Part shown: positions 1 to 9,224 of the stretch, one piece after another
How positions within the stretch are numbered: position 1 is the first letter of the stretch
Layout: every line of letters begins with the position of its first letter
DNA from: Longimicrobiales bacterium
Lineage (GTDB): Bacteria; Gemmatimonadota; Gemmatimonadetes; Longimicrobiales; Gaopeijiaceae
Length of the DNA: 64,000 bases
Assembly (NCBI GenBank): GCA_965219445.1
Contig: CBDCNQ010000002.1
Location: 672,001-736,000 of the forward strand
Reading direction: 5' to 3'
The notes under the pieces: generated by a model
What the model was told of the DNA's origin: nothing
Databases searched by the model: none
The model's input: only the letters and a program-made list of their open reading frames with translations
Position numbers and translations under genes: made by a program

Positions 1-1374
1 GTCCGCTGGAGCCGACGCCGTAGGATCTGTGGGATCGGCGCCGGTCGCGCGCCGAGTGTAGATGGCGCCAATCGTCGATTCTTCGAGGAAGTTCCGATTC
101 ACGCGAGCCGCCGTGAATTGCTCCCCGGCGAAAACTCCGTTGTTTGCCGCCTCTGACTCGATGTCGGCTGTTGCCACATGAATGAAGCCCAGGTCGTAGC
201 GGCCTACCTTCCCACCCAATCGGCCCGCGTATTCGACCGGCACCTGCTCACCCTCGAGCAGGCCGATCCGGCGACTAAAATAGGGATCGACCTGATTGCC
301 GGAAGCGAAAGCGAAAACGCCCGCTCCCTCGAGAAAAAAGTCCCGCTGCTCCGGAAACCGGAGAGGGAAGCGGGTGAGGTTGACGCGCCGCTGATCGACC
401 TCCGCCTCGGCGAAGTCCGTGTTCACGCTCACGCCGGATCGCAGGCTCGGCGTGATGTTGTAGTTGATGTCCAACCCGACATCCGACGGATACGTGGTGG
501 GATCCGTCTGCCCCGGAACGTTCCTCCAGTTGGTGACCCCGTAGGGGACGGCTTCGAGCCCAAGGCCCTGTGAAATACCCTCGAGGCCGGTGAGCCGGCC
601 GGCGTGAACCGGCCGGAGGAGCCCCTGGTTGCGCCGGTATCCACGCCACACAAGCTCCTCGTTCTTGCGCCGGATCGTGCGCTGGAAGTTGATTCCCCAC
701 GTGTCGGACGCCGCATCGAAGTTCAGCGAGCGGAAGGGTATCCTGACCTCCAGCGACCATCCATCAGGTCGGATGAACGTCGCGACCTCCCAGATGCCAT
801 CCCAGGCTCGGTTGGTGCCGCCTCCTACTCCGCCGCCAAAGCTGAACCCGCTAACCCTACCTCCACCGCCACCGCCTCCGGTGATCAGGGCGTCGCCCAT
901 CATTCCGGCGGCGTTGACCTCGAAGAAGTATCCCGTGCGGCCGTCCCGGAACGTGTCGACAATCCACATGAAACGGTCGTCAGTGGTCAGGAACCCGTCC
1001 CGCCTCTTTTGGAAAGCCAGGATCCCGTTCGGATCGTCGTAGAGGATCGCACCGATGTAGAGTGCGTCCTCGTCGTAGAGGACGCGGATCTCCGTCGGCT
1101 CCGACGGGGTTCCGCCCTCGACCGGCTCCTGCTGCCTGAAGTCCGTAATCGGGATGGCCCGCTCCCATGCGGCCTCGTCGATACGGCCGTCCAGGTCGAC
1201 CCGATCATCGGGATCGAGGCGAAGGGCGAGGAGATCGACCGATTCTCCGCCAGCGGCATCGGTTTCTTCAGCGCCTTGCGCCACGTTCTGCGCCGCGACA
1301 GGATGACCGAGCCTGAGTACGGCTAGGCCCAGAAACGTCCCCCAAGTCACACGTCGAATAAGAATCCGCGCCAT
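1..1374 (-). CDS. DUF5916 / carbohydrate-binding family 9-like exported protein; runs off the window start
   Basis: Hand translation from ATG at 1374: signal-like MARILIRRVTWGTFLGLAVLRLGHPVAAQ, then LDGRIDEAAWERA..FRQQEPVEGG..SEPTEIRVLYDEDALYIG..DTFRDGRTGYFFEVNAAG. Missing from the ORF track, consistent with its stop lying outside the window. Confidence 0.8.
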   Translation of the reverse strand, partial: MARILIRRVTWGTFLGLAVLRLGHPVAAQNVAQGAEETDAAGGESVDLLALRLDPDDRVDLDGRIDEAAWERAIPITDFRQQEPVEGGTPSEPTEIRVLYDEDALYIGAILYDDPNGILAFQKRRDGFLTTDDRFMWIVDTFRDGRTGYFFEVNAAGMMGDALITGGGGGGGRVSGFSFGGGVGGGTNRAWDGIWEVATFIRPDGWSLEVRIPFRSLNFDAASDTWGINFQRTIRRKNEELVWRGYRRNQGLLRPVHAGRLTGLEGISQGLGLEAVPYGVTNWRNVPGQTDPTTYPSDVGLDINYNITPSLRSGVSVNTDFAEAEVDQRRVNLTRFPLRFPEQRDFFLEGAGVFAFASGNQVDPYFSRRIGLLEGEQVPVEYAGRLGGKVGRYDLGFIHVATADIESEAANNGVFAGEQFTAARVNRNFLEESTIGAIYTRRATGADPTDPTASAPAD

Positions 1375-1444
1375 CGATCCCTACGATTCTGAGTCAGGAC
1401 TGTCTTGAGTGCCCACCTCTGGAAGGCCCGTTCGCCTGGGCACC

Positions 1445-2227
1445 CTACTTGCCCTCGAATCGTGGGTCGCGCCGCTCCAGAAAAGCTTGGACGCCCTCCT
1501 GGTAGTCATCCGTCTCAAAGGCCTCGTAGGCCTCCTGTCGCTCATCATCCGTGAGCGGGCCCCCTCGGTCCGTGAGTCTACGCACGAATTTCTTGTGCCA
1601 GCGGTTCACGAGTGGAGCGCCCGCCGCGATGCGATGAGCGGTGGCCCGGGCGGCCTCCGCAACGTCCTCGTCAGGGACGACTCGGTTCACGAGACCCTTG
1701 TGGTACGCCCGTTCCGCGTCGAGGAGGCCACCCTCGAGCAGGACTTCGAGAGTACTCGAAACGCCAATCAGATCGACGAGCGGACCCAACTCGGTGTAGG
1801 ACATCGTGAGACCCAGACGGTTGATCGGCGCCCCGAAGCGGCTTGATTCGCTGCAGATCCTCAGATCGCAGGATGCGGCGATTTCCAACCCTCCACCCAC
1901 GCAGACACCGTCGATGAGGGCCACCGTCGGGTGGGGGCAGTTCAGAAGGGCGGAGAGCGCAGACTCGAGAGCTCGGGCATACACCTGAACCTGCTCGGGC
2001 GTCTGACGCTCCCCAGGAAATCCCCCGATGTCGGAGCCCGCGGAGAACGCCCGAGTCCCGGAACCCTCAATCACGACGCAGCGGACATCCTGGTCTTCTC
2101 CAAGATTCGTCATGATATCGGCGAGCGCCTCCCACCCATGCCGACCCAGAACATTCAACCGGTCTGGATGGTTCAGGGAGACGATGGCCAGATGGTCCTC
2201 ACGGCTGACCGTCACTCGGTCCGACAT
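1445..2227 (-). CDS. Enoyl-CoA hydratase/isomerase (crotonase family)
   Basis: AFSAGSDI, GVCVGGGLEIAASCDLRI, DYQEGVQAFLERRDPRFEG. Confidence 0.93.
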   Translation of the reverse strand: MSDRVTVSREDHLAIVSLNHPDRLNVLGRHGWEALADIMTNLGEDQDVRCVVIEGSGTRAFSAGSDIGGFPGERQTPEQVQVYARALESALSALLNCPHPTVALIDGVCVGGGLEIAASCDLRICSESSRFGAPINRLGLTMSYTELGPLVDLIGVSSTLEVLLEGGLLDAERAYHKGLVNRVVPDEDVAEAARATAHRIAAGAPLVNRWHKKFVRRLTDRGGPLTDDERQEAYEAFETDDYQEGVQAFLERRDPRFEGK

Positions 2228-2238
2228 TGCTCACGCCC

Positions 2239-2345
2239 TCAACGTTAAGACTGTTCGACGGGCCACATAGGAATCGCGGCAACGTAGGTGACCACGAGGG
2301 GCATGGCCACCGCCGTTTGAGCCCAACCCTCGAGAGCCGCCCCCT
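2239..2345 (-). pseudogene. Internally deleted relic of the dctM 3' end
   Basis: 2239-2310 matches 6291-6362 at 62/72 nt; 2301-2345 then matches dctM ~6733-6776. Translation LEGWAQTAVAMPLVVTYVAAIPMWPVEQS*. Confidence 0.8.
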
Positions 2346-2452
2346 TCTCGCCCTGAAGAACCCATCGGGGTATCATGGCTCGGTTCCGAACGTCAAAGCC
2401 CGCCGCTGGCTCGCGGTCGTGGCTCACCGGTCGTCAGGGCTGGAGGTACGAC

Positions 2453-3463
2453 ATGAGAATTCGGATTCTTGGTGGAGTGCTAGTGCTGACGGCGGCAGGC
2501 GCGGCGACCGTGTACGGTATTTCGATCCGATCGGTCGGCGCTCCGCAGAACGCTGAGGGAGCGAACGCGGTCCTGCCGTGGGCCTTCGTACTCAACGACC
2601 CGGCCCCCGATGATGCCGAGGCGCCCGACCCCGACGAAATGGTCACGGTGCCCGGCTCCGATGTGTCGATGCGGCGCTCGGACATCAACATCCGCAACGG
2701 GCCGCCCGACTGGCACCCGGGCGGCCATCCACCCATGCCGGCACTGGTGGCGAGCGGCGGCGGCGAGGAGGTCGTGGCGTGTGGCTACTGCCATCTGCCG
2801 AACGGTCAGGGCAAGCCCGAGAACGCCGGGCTGGCGGGGCAGCCGTACGAGTACATCGTCCAGCAGATGGAGGACTACCGGAACGGCCTGCGGAAGACCG
2901 GCGAGCCACGCATGGGTCCGCCCGCTCGTATGATGCGCATCGGCGCCGCAGCCACCGAAGAACAGGCTCGTGTGGCGGCCGAATACTTCTCGTCGATCGA
3001 TTTCAAGCCATGGATCCGCGTGGTCGAGACCGACATGGTGCCCGTGACGTACTTTTCGGGCTCGATCCACAAAGTGGTCGAAGGCGGCGGCATGGAGCCG
3101 ATCGGAATTCGGGTCGTGGAAACGCCCGAAGACCTCCACCGGACCGAATTGCGGGATGACGCCTCGAGTTTCATCGCCTACGTCCCGGAAGGCGCCACGG
3201 AGCGGGGGGCGAACCTCGTGAACACCGGTGATGGGGGTCGCACCGTGGCGTGCACCATCTGCCACGGACCCGACCTGCGCGGCATCGGCCCCGTGCCCGC
3301 GTTGGCCGGCCGCTCACCCAGCTACATGGCGCGTCAGCTCTATGACCTTCAGCAGGAAACCCGTGACGGTCCCTGGTCTGACTTGATGGACCGTGCCGTG
3401 ATGAACCTCACCGTGGAGGACATCGTCAACATTGTGGCCTACACGGCGAGCCTGGACCCGTAG
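2453..3463 (+). CDS. Exported di-heme cytochrome c (c4/c553-like)
   Basis: GGAGG RBS before ATG 2453; signal peptide; CGYCH and CTICH, each followed by LAGxxxxY..QxxD. Confidence 0.88.
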   Translation: MRIRILGGVLVLTAAGAATVYGISIRSVGAPQNAEGANAVLPWAFVLNDPAPDDAEAPDPDEMVTVPGSDVSMRRSDINIRNGPPDWHPGGHPPMPALVASGGGEEVVACGYCHLPNGQGKPENAGLAGQPYEYIVQQMEDYRNGLRKTGEPRMGPPARMMRIGAAATEEQARVAAEYFSSIDFKPWIRVVETDMVPVTYFSGSIHKVVEGGGMEPIGIRVVETPEDLHRTELRDDASSFIAYVPEGATERGANLVNTGDGGRTVACTICHGPDLRGIGPVPALAGRSPSYMARQLYDLQQETRDGPWSDLMDRAVMNLTVEDIVNIVAYTASLDP

Positions 3464-3530
3464 GGTGACGCGCCAGTAAGTCCAAAACTGTGTCCCGGAC
3501 TCGGGATCGATGTGACGAAATCGCTCGAGC

Positions 3531-4913
3531 CTACCTGTCGACAACCCCTATGCCATAAGGACCGTTGCCGACACCAGTGACGACACCCACTACGCTGCGG
3601 GAGCGAAGATCGATCACGTACACATGACCGAGAGCCTGCGAGAACGGTGGCGTTGGGGGTCCGGCGCTGATGACCGCATAGCTGCCATCCGACGTGACCG
3701 CCGAACCCTTCGGTCGGGCTGGGCGTCCATCTCTACGGGTGAGCGGGATGCGTGCGACTTCCGCCTCTGGATCACCGGCCAGCGCCATCTCGAGACTCAC
3801 GATCGACACGTTGTTTGCACGAAAATTCGGTACGATCACTTCCTGACCGTCGGGGGTGACGGACGGTATGAACGGACGTGTCTGCTCCTGGGGATCATCC
3901 GTACCTACCAGCACGCGTGCCACCTCGGCGTCTTCGGCACCGGCACTCGCCCGGTCGGCGTCGATAATCGAAATCGTGTTACCCTCGAACGCTGCCTGCT
4001 GGCTTTCCCGGCTCGCCGCGATGATGTAGCGCCCGTCAGGGGTGGCCGTGATGCCCCACGGGCCGGCCTGGGTCGGAACACGATGGATCTCGGCACGCCG
4101 GTCACCTTCGAGGGCACGCGCAAGGTCGATCACCGACACGTCCCTCGTGCCACCGTTCGCCGTAAACACATACGCGTTACCATCGCTGTCACGACCGAGC
4201 GCCAGTCCGTTGTTGTCGGGAAAGCAGCCCCAGCTGGGGTGAGGGGAGAGCACGGCCAGATTCGTGGGCGGCCCATGAGGCGAGACAAAGGGCACGGGGT
4301 ACTCCGGACAGTCGAAGCCCGGAGAACCCAGCGCCAACTCCACGGTGCCTCGCAGGCTCCCAGTCCGCCGATCGAGAAAGGTGACGCGATTACCGCCGTC
4401 TTCGGTCAGGTTATTTTCGGCGTTGGAGATGATAAGCATGTCCGGCAATAGCAAAACGCCCACCGCCCCGAAAGCGCCGGAGTCGAAGTGCCACCCAAGT
4501 GCGTTGGCCGTTTGGTCGTTCTCGGGCTTGATCATCTCGTCGATATCCAGAACCGCGATTTGCCCCCGTCCACCGTGTTGCGTGAACTCCGCGTTATCGA
4601 TGCCGCCGTGGTGATTCACTACGTACGCAGTGCCGCCGTCCTCGCTTACCACGAGGTTGGCGGGATCACCCAGCAGCTGACCGTCCAGACGGTCCAACGC
4701 CACCTTGTTGCGGCTGACGATGGCGTTCGGCGTGTTGTCGTTTGCTGGATCGAGAGCCTCGTCGAGCGAAATGGCATAGACGTACGGAAGTCGCCGTCCC
4801 GTTGCGAGGATATACGTCTGCTCGTCGACCGCCTCTTGCGAGACACACGCCGTCGCCAGAAACGCCATGGTCAGAGCCGTGACGCGTCCGAGCAATGATG
4901 GCCGGGAAGCCAT
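3531..4913 (-). CDS. YncE/YVTN-type beta-propeller lipoprotein
   Basis: Lipobox-like FLATAC; repeated blades (ANGGTRDVSVIDL, GPWGITATPDGRY, GNGPYGIGV). Start placed at ATG 4913 rather than the ORF-track 5051. Confidence 0.75.
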   Translation of the reverse strand: MASRPSLLGRVTALTMAFLATACVSQEAVDEQTYILATGRRLPYVYAISLDEALDPANDNTPNAIVSRNKVALDRLDGQLLGDPANLVVSEDGGTAYVVNHHGGIDNAEFTQHGGRGQIAVLDIDEMIKPENDQTANALGWHFDSGAFGAVGVLLLPDMLIISNAENNLTEDGGNRVTFLDRRTGSLRGTVELALGSPGFDCPEYPVPFVSPHGPPTNLAVLSPHPSWGCFPDNNGLALGRDSDGNAYVFTANGGTRDVSVIDLARALEGDRRAEIHRVPTQAGPWGITATPDGRYIIAASRESQQAAFEGNTISIIDADRASAGAEDAEVARVLVGTDDPQEQTRPFIPSVTPDGQEVIVPNFRANNVSIVSLEMALAGDPEAEVARIPLTRRDGRPARPKGSAVTSDGSYAVISAGPPTPPFSQALGHVYVIDLRSRSVVGVVTGVGNGPYGIGVVDR

Positions 4914-4918
4914 GGCGG

Positions 4919-6079
4919 CTAGGGTATCCAGCGAGGCGAGCGTGCCCCTTCGGAAAAGGTGATCGCGATGATGTCCGTACCGTCCGGGCGCATCATGAAC
5001 AGGTCGTAGAGTCCGTTCTGGATCATCAGTTCGCTGGCGATAACCATCCACTGGCCATCGGGGGACCAGCCGGCGTCTGTCGTACGGAAGGCCGGATTGT
5101 CGGTGAGTTGGGTGAGGCCGGTACCATCCGAATTGATCACGAAGAGCTCGAAGTCTGTTCCTCCCAGCGCGGGATCCAGGAAGCGCGTGAAAACGATCCG
5201 CTGGCCGTCAGGGGACCACTTCGCGCCCCTGTCTCCATTGCCATCCGTCAGTTGGACGACGTCACTCCCGTCCGACGCCATGGTATACAGATCGCCGACT
5301 CCAGTCCTGTCGCTTACAAAGACGATCCTGGTTCCATCGGGCGACCATTCGGGTTCGCCGTCGTCCCAATCGGGGGTACCGGGCGTCAGATTCGTGACTC
5401 CTGAGCCATCGTCGTTGATCACGAAGACGTCGAATGTACTTGCTCCGAACACACGTTGCTCATAAACGATCCGAGTGCCATCCGGAGACCAGCTGGGCTG
5501 CGCTTCCACAGCGCCCGTTGAATTCGTGAGGTTGATGGGACTGGACCCATCTATGTTCGCTACCCGGACGTCTCCATCGAAATCGAAGGCAAGCCGCGCC
5601 CCGTCCTGCGTCACTGAGGGGCTATTCCCCGGCGGGGATAATTCCTGCAGGTCGCCACCGAGCGCGTTTCGCGTGCGAATGGTCTCGACGATGGTGGAGT
5701 AGATGATTCGACCCGGTCCGGATTGAAGGCAGAACACGACGATTTCGACCTCCGTGCCGTTCCGAAGGTCGAGGAAACCGGAAACAGGGGCATTCGTCAG
5801 TCGACAGTTGGAGGCGATCCCAAGGATGTCGAAGGAATGAATGGCACCGGATAGGCCCAGAACCTCGGCCTGCCCGTTGGCTGGCAAGGCCACCCCAGGG
5901 GCGTCGTCGACTACGATGCTATAGCCATCGAGGTCCAGCTCATCGCCCACCGTTGTTACGTTGAACAGAAGGTCTACCGAGTCGAAATCGATCGAAGATG
6001 GCGAGCCGCAGCCGACAGGGATCGCCAGCGCAGTGACGATGATCCCCAGGCTTCTCAAGCGGGCGATCGTGTCGGTCAT
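4919..6079 (-). CDS. TolB-like PD40 beta-propeller lipoprotein
   Basis: Lipobox-like IPVGC; several WSPDG repeats. Confidence 0.85.
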   Translation of the reverse strand: MTDTIARLRSLGIIVTALAIPVGCGSPSSIDFDSVDLLFNVTTVGDELDLDGYSIVVDDAPGVALPANGQAEVLGLSGAIHSFDILGIASNCRLTNAPVSGFLDLRNGTEVEIVVFCLQSGPGRIIYSTIVETIRTRNALGGDLQELSPPGNSPSVTQDGARLAFDFDGDVRVANIDGSSPINLTNSTGAVEAQPSWSPDGTRIVYEQRVFGASTFDVFVINDDGSGVTNLTPGTPDWDDGEPEWSPDGTRIVFVSDRTGVGDLYTMASDGSDVVQLTDGNGDRGAKWSPDGQRIVFTRFLDPALGGTDFELFVINSDGTGLTQLTDNPAFRTTDAGWSPDGQWMVIASELMIQNGLYDLFMMRPDGTDIIAITFSEGARSPRWIP

Positions 6080-6165
6080 CGGAACTGCCGCTCCGGTGTA
6101 TTGCAGACATTGTCGAATACGGGAGTGGGACCAGTCGTTCCATAGGTGGCCGAGTCCGACACAAC

Positions 6166-6205
6166 TGCCTACATCTTAATCTTAGTGCCTACATTTTAAT
6201 CTTAG
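6166..6205. repeat. 2 x 20-bp AT-rich tandem repeat TGCCTACATYTTAATCTTAG
   Basis: 6166-6185 and 6186-6205, one mismatch; upstream of the PD40 gene. Confidence 0.85.
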
Positions 6206-6290
6206 CGGTCTGTGTGTCGTGCGTCACTCGAAGCGAAGCACCTAGCCCCACTGGTGCTTCTGGTGCTAGGAGCGAGCGGGGTGGCGGACC

Positions 6291-7574
6291 TCAACGGTAA
6301 AACAGTTCGACAGGCCACATGGGAAGCGCGGGCACGTAGGTGACCATGAGGAGCATGGCCACGAGCACCGCAACGAAGTAGAGGTTGACCTTACTCACCT
6401 CCCAGATATCCGCCTTGGCGATGGAGCAGGCCGTGACCAGTACGCTGGCCACGGGCGGTGTCTGCTGGCCGATGCCCAGGTTGAGCGTGACGACGAGTCC
6501 GAAGTGCACCGGGTCGATTCCGGCGGCCAGAACCAGCGGCATCACGATCGGCACGACCAGGATGATCGCCGCGGCAGAGTGCAGGAACAGCCCCACCATC
6601 AGGAAGAACACGTTGAGGAGCGCCAGTATCGCAAGACGGTTGTCGGTGAAATCCATGATCCCTTGGGCGACGCGCTGTGGCACCTGCACCTCGGTGAGGT
6701 AGTCGCCGAGCAGGGCCGACGTGGCCACGAGGAGCATGACCACCGCGGTTTGGATTCCACCCTCGAGCGTGGCCCTCCGAAGAGCCGCCAGGTCCAGCTC
6801 CCGGTAGATACCGCCCCCGATTACGATGGCCGCTACAACGGCCAATCCCGCCCCTTCGGTGGCGGTGACCCACCCGGTAAAGATGCCGCCCAAGATAATC
6901 ACTGGAAGGAGCAGAGCCCAACCCGCCTCGCGAAGAGCGATGGCGACCCTTCGGAGCTGAAACGCTGCTTCCACCGGAAACCCGTTCTTGAGTGCCAAGT
7001 AATACACCACCGTCATCATGAGCAGGCCGCCGAGCACCCCCGGAACGATGCCGGCAACGAAGAGCTCCACGACCGAACTCCCGGACATGACGCCATAGAG
7101 AATCATCGGGATGGAAGGAGGGATGATGACGGCGAGCGTGGCCGCGGACGACGTCACCGCCGCCGCGAACGGGTTCGGATAGCCCCGGCGCTTCATGGCG
7201 GGGATGAGAATGGAGCCCAGGGCGGCGACATCGGCCACGGCGGATCCGGAAATCTCCGCAAAGAAGAGGGACGCGCTCACCGTCACCATCGCGAGCCCGC
7301 CTCGAATGAACCCCACGAGCGCGCTGGCGAGATTGATCAAGCGCCTGGATATCCCCGACGCGTTCATGATGGCCCCCGCCAGGATGAACAGAGGGATCGC
7401 GATCAGCGCAAACTTCAGGGTACCGGAGTAGAGGACGAGCGCCGCGTTCGGGAGCCCCCCGAGCCCCGAGCTCATCGCCATCGCGAAGATGGCCACCACA
7501 CCGAGAGAGACCGCGATGGGGACGTTGACGAGGACCAACGCCACCAGAGCGAGAAACATGATGAGGAGAATCAC
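6291..7574 (-). CDS. dctM: TRAP transporter large permease
   Basis: AIPLFILAG, ISGSAVAD, IIPPSIP, IDPVHFG, TPPV; highly hydrophobic. Confidence 0.95.
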   Translation of the reverse strand: MILLIMFLALVALVLVNVPIAVSLGVVAIFAMAMSSGLGGLPNAALVLYSGTLKFALIAIPLFILAGAIMNASGISRRLINLASALVGFIRGGLAMVTVSASLFFAEISGSAVADVAALGSILIPAMKRRGYPNPFAAAVTSSAATLAVIIPPSIPMILYGVMSGSSVVELFVAGIVPGVLGGLLMMTVVYYLALKNGFPVEAAFQLRRVAIALREAGWALLLPVIILGGIFTGWVTATEGAGLAVVAAIVIGGGIYRELDLAALRRATLEGGIQTAVVMLLVATSALLGDYLTEVQVPQRVAQGIMDFTDNRLAILALLNVFFLMVGLFLHSAAAIILVVPIVMPLVLAAGIDPVHFGLVVTLNLGIGQQTPPVASVLVTACSIAKADIWEVSKVNLYFVAVLVAMLLMVTYVPALPMWPVELFYR

Positions 7575-8131
7575 GAAGGACTCCCCAGGCCTGCGGCCTC
7601 TCCCCCACTGGGCTCAGCTCCACCTTCACCCACCGGGTCTTTCTCATCGCTCCCTTTGGACTCCGGCGGCCCCTGCCACACCTCCGGCAACGTGACGAGT
7701 TCCGCAACGATGAACAGGACGGCACCGATGGGCACGACGGACTGGGCCAGGCGTTGGGGCACCCACGGAAGGCTCACGAGCGTATCGCCACCGAGAATCC
7801 CGAAGACCCGCCATCCCGCCCACGCGGTCACCATGAAAAACAAGAGGACGAACGCCTCTCCCAGCAGGATCAGCGGGCGACGGAAGCGGGGGGCGAGTCC
7901 GTCCACCAATTTCGGGAACCCGATGTGGGCGCGGTGGAGCGCGGCCAGCACCGCACCGTAGAAGGTGAGCCAGGCAAGGAGGATCGAGGCCACCTCGTCG
8001 TACCAAACGAGCGCGGCCCCGAGCCTCCTGAAGGCGACGCCGAGTACCACGACCAGGGCCAGCGCCACCATCAGAACCACGACGGCGAATTCGAGGGCTC
8101 GTTGGAGGCCCTGTCGGAATTCTCGGCGCAT
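7571..8131 (-). CDS. dctQ: TRAP transporter small permease
   Basis: 4 hydrophobic segments, WYDEVA..WLTFYGA..HIG; lies between dctP and dctM. Confidence 0.92.
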   Translation of the reverse strand: MRREFRQGLQRALEFAVVVLMVALALVVVLGVAFRRLGAALVWYDEVASILLAWLTFYGAVLAALHRAHIGFPKLVDGLAPRFRRPLILLGEAFVLLFFMVTAWAGWRVFGILGGDTLVSLPWVPQRLAQSVVPIGAVLFIVAELVTLPEVWQGPPESKGSDEKDPVGEGGAEPSGGEAAGLGSPS

Positions 8132-8152
8132 ATGGAGTCTCAGGGGCGAGCG

Positions 8153-9211
8153 CTACGCCCCTTCGGCAAGGGCCAACGCCGCCGTTACCAAGGCGTCCCC
8201 ACCCTCCACCGTGTTTCCAAACTCCTCGAAGATCTCCACGCTGGCTCGGACGAACTCGTCTCGGTCGGCCTCATTCACCTCGACGCCCGCTTCGCGAAGC
8301 TCGTCGAGGAAATCGGAATCCATCTGAGCGGCCGTCTCATGCACGAAGGATCGGGTTTCGGTCGCGATCCGTCGGAGGCTCACCTGGACATCCTCGGGCA
8401 GGCGATTCCAGCTCGCCCCCACAGTGAGGTACGCCGGCGTGTACACGTGGCCGGTGAGAGAGAGATACGTCTGCACTTCTTGGAACTTGGAGGCATGAAT
8501 CTGAGCCAAGGGGTTCTCTTGGCCGTCCATGACGCCTGTCTGAAGAGCCACGAAGACCTCGGAAAGGGGCATCGGCGTGGGGTTTGCTCCGAAGGCCTGA
8601 AAGAGCCTCACTCGCCATATCCCCCTCGGGGTTCGGAGCTTGATCCCCGAGAGATCCGAGGGCGTGACCACCGGCCTCGTGTTGTTCGTCACGTGGCGAA
8701 ACCCGTTTTCCCAGACGGCCAAGATGGTGTAGTCCCGCTCTTCCGCCTGCGGGACGAGCAGGGGCCAGACGATCTCTTCCTCGATACGTCTCATGTGGGC
8801 CCGGTCCTGGACCAAGTACGGCATTTCGAAGAGGCCGAATGCGTCCACCGTCGACGACATGATGGTGGAGGGAAGAGCGAAGTCGAGCGTGCCCAGCTTG
8901 AGCTTCTGGAGCATCACTTCGTCTCCGCCCAACTGGCTCGATCCGAAGACGTTCACCTGCACCCGACCGGCCAGCTCCGCGTTCGCCCTCCGCGCGAACT
9001 CTTCGGCGGAAGCGGCAAAGAGCGATCCGGGCGCGCCCACATGACCGAAGCTGAGATCGATGACGCTCCCCTCCCCCGCCTCACCGCCACAGCCGCCGGC
9101 GACGAAGACGATCAGAAAGGCGACCCCGATGACGCGACCAAGCCTCACGGACCACCCTATTTCCAACGTGCGCCTCCTCCCTTCCCTCATACGTCTCCTC
9201 CCTCTCCTCAT
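8153..9211 (-). CDS. dctP: TRAP solute-binding lipoprotein (start 9211, 9190 or 9148)
   Basis: SSQLGGD, WENGFRHVTN, GIKLRTP, EVFVALQTGVMDGQENP; lipobox-like VAGGC. Confidence 0.93.
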   Translation of the reverse strand: MRRGRRRMREGRRRTLEIGWSVRLGRVIGVAFLIVFVAGGCGGEAGEGSVIDLSFGHVGAPGSLFAASAEEFARRANAELAGRVQVNVFGSSQLGGDEVMLQKLKLGTLDFALPSTIMSSTVDAFGLFEMPYLVQDRAHMRRIEEEIVWPLLVPQAEERDYTILAVWENGFRHVTNNTRPVVTPSDLSGIKLRTPRGIWRVRLFQAFGANPTPMPLSEVFVALQTGVMDGQENPLAQIHASKFQEVQTYLSLTGHVYTPAYLTVGASWNRLPEDVQVSLRRIATETRSFVHETAAQMDSDFLDELREAGVEVNEADRDEFVRASVEIFEEFGNTVEGGDALVTAALALAEGA

Positions 9212-9224
9212 TCGTCTCCTCCTT
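9165..9224 (-). repeat. ~3 x 21-bp repeat, each with GGAGG plus an in-frame start codon
   Basis: Minus strand GGAGGAGACGAATGAGGAGAG GGAGGAGACGTATGAGGGAAG GGAGGAGGCGCACGTTG. Confidence 0.75.
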
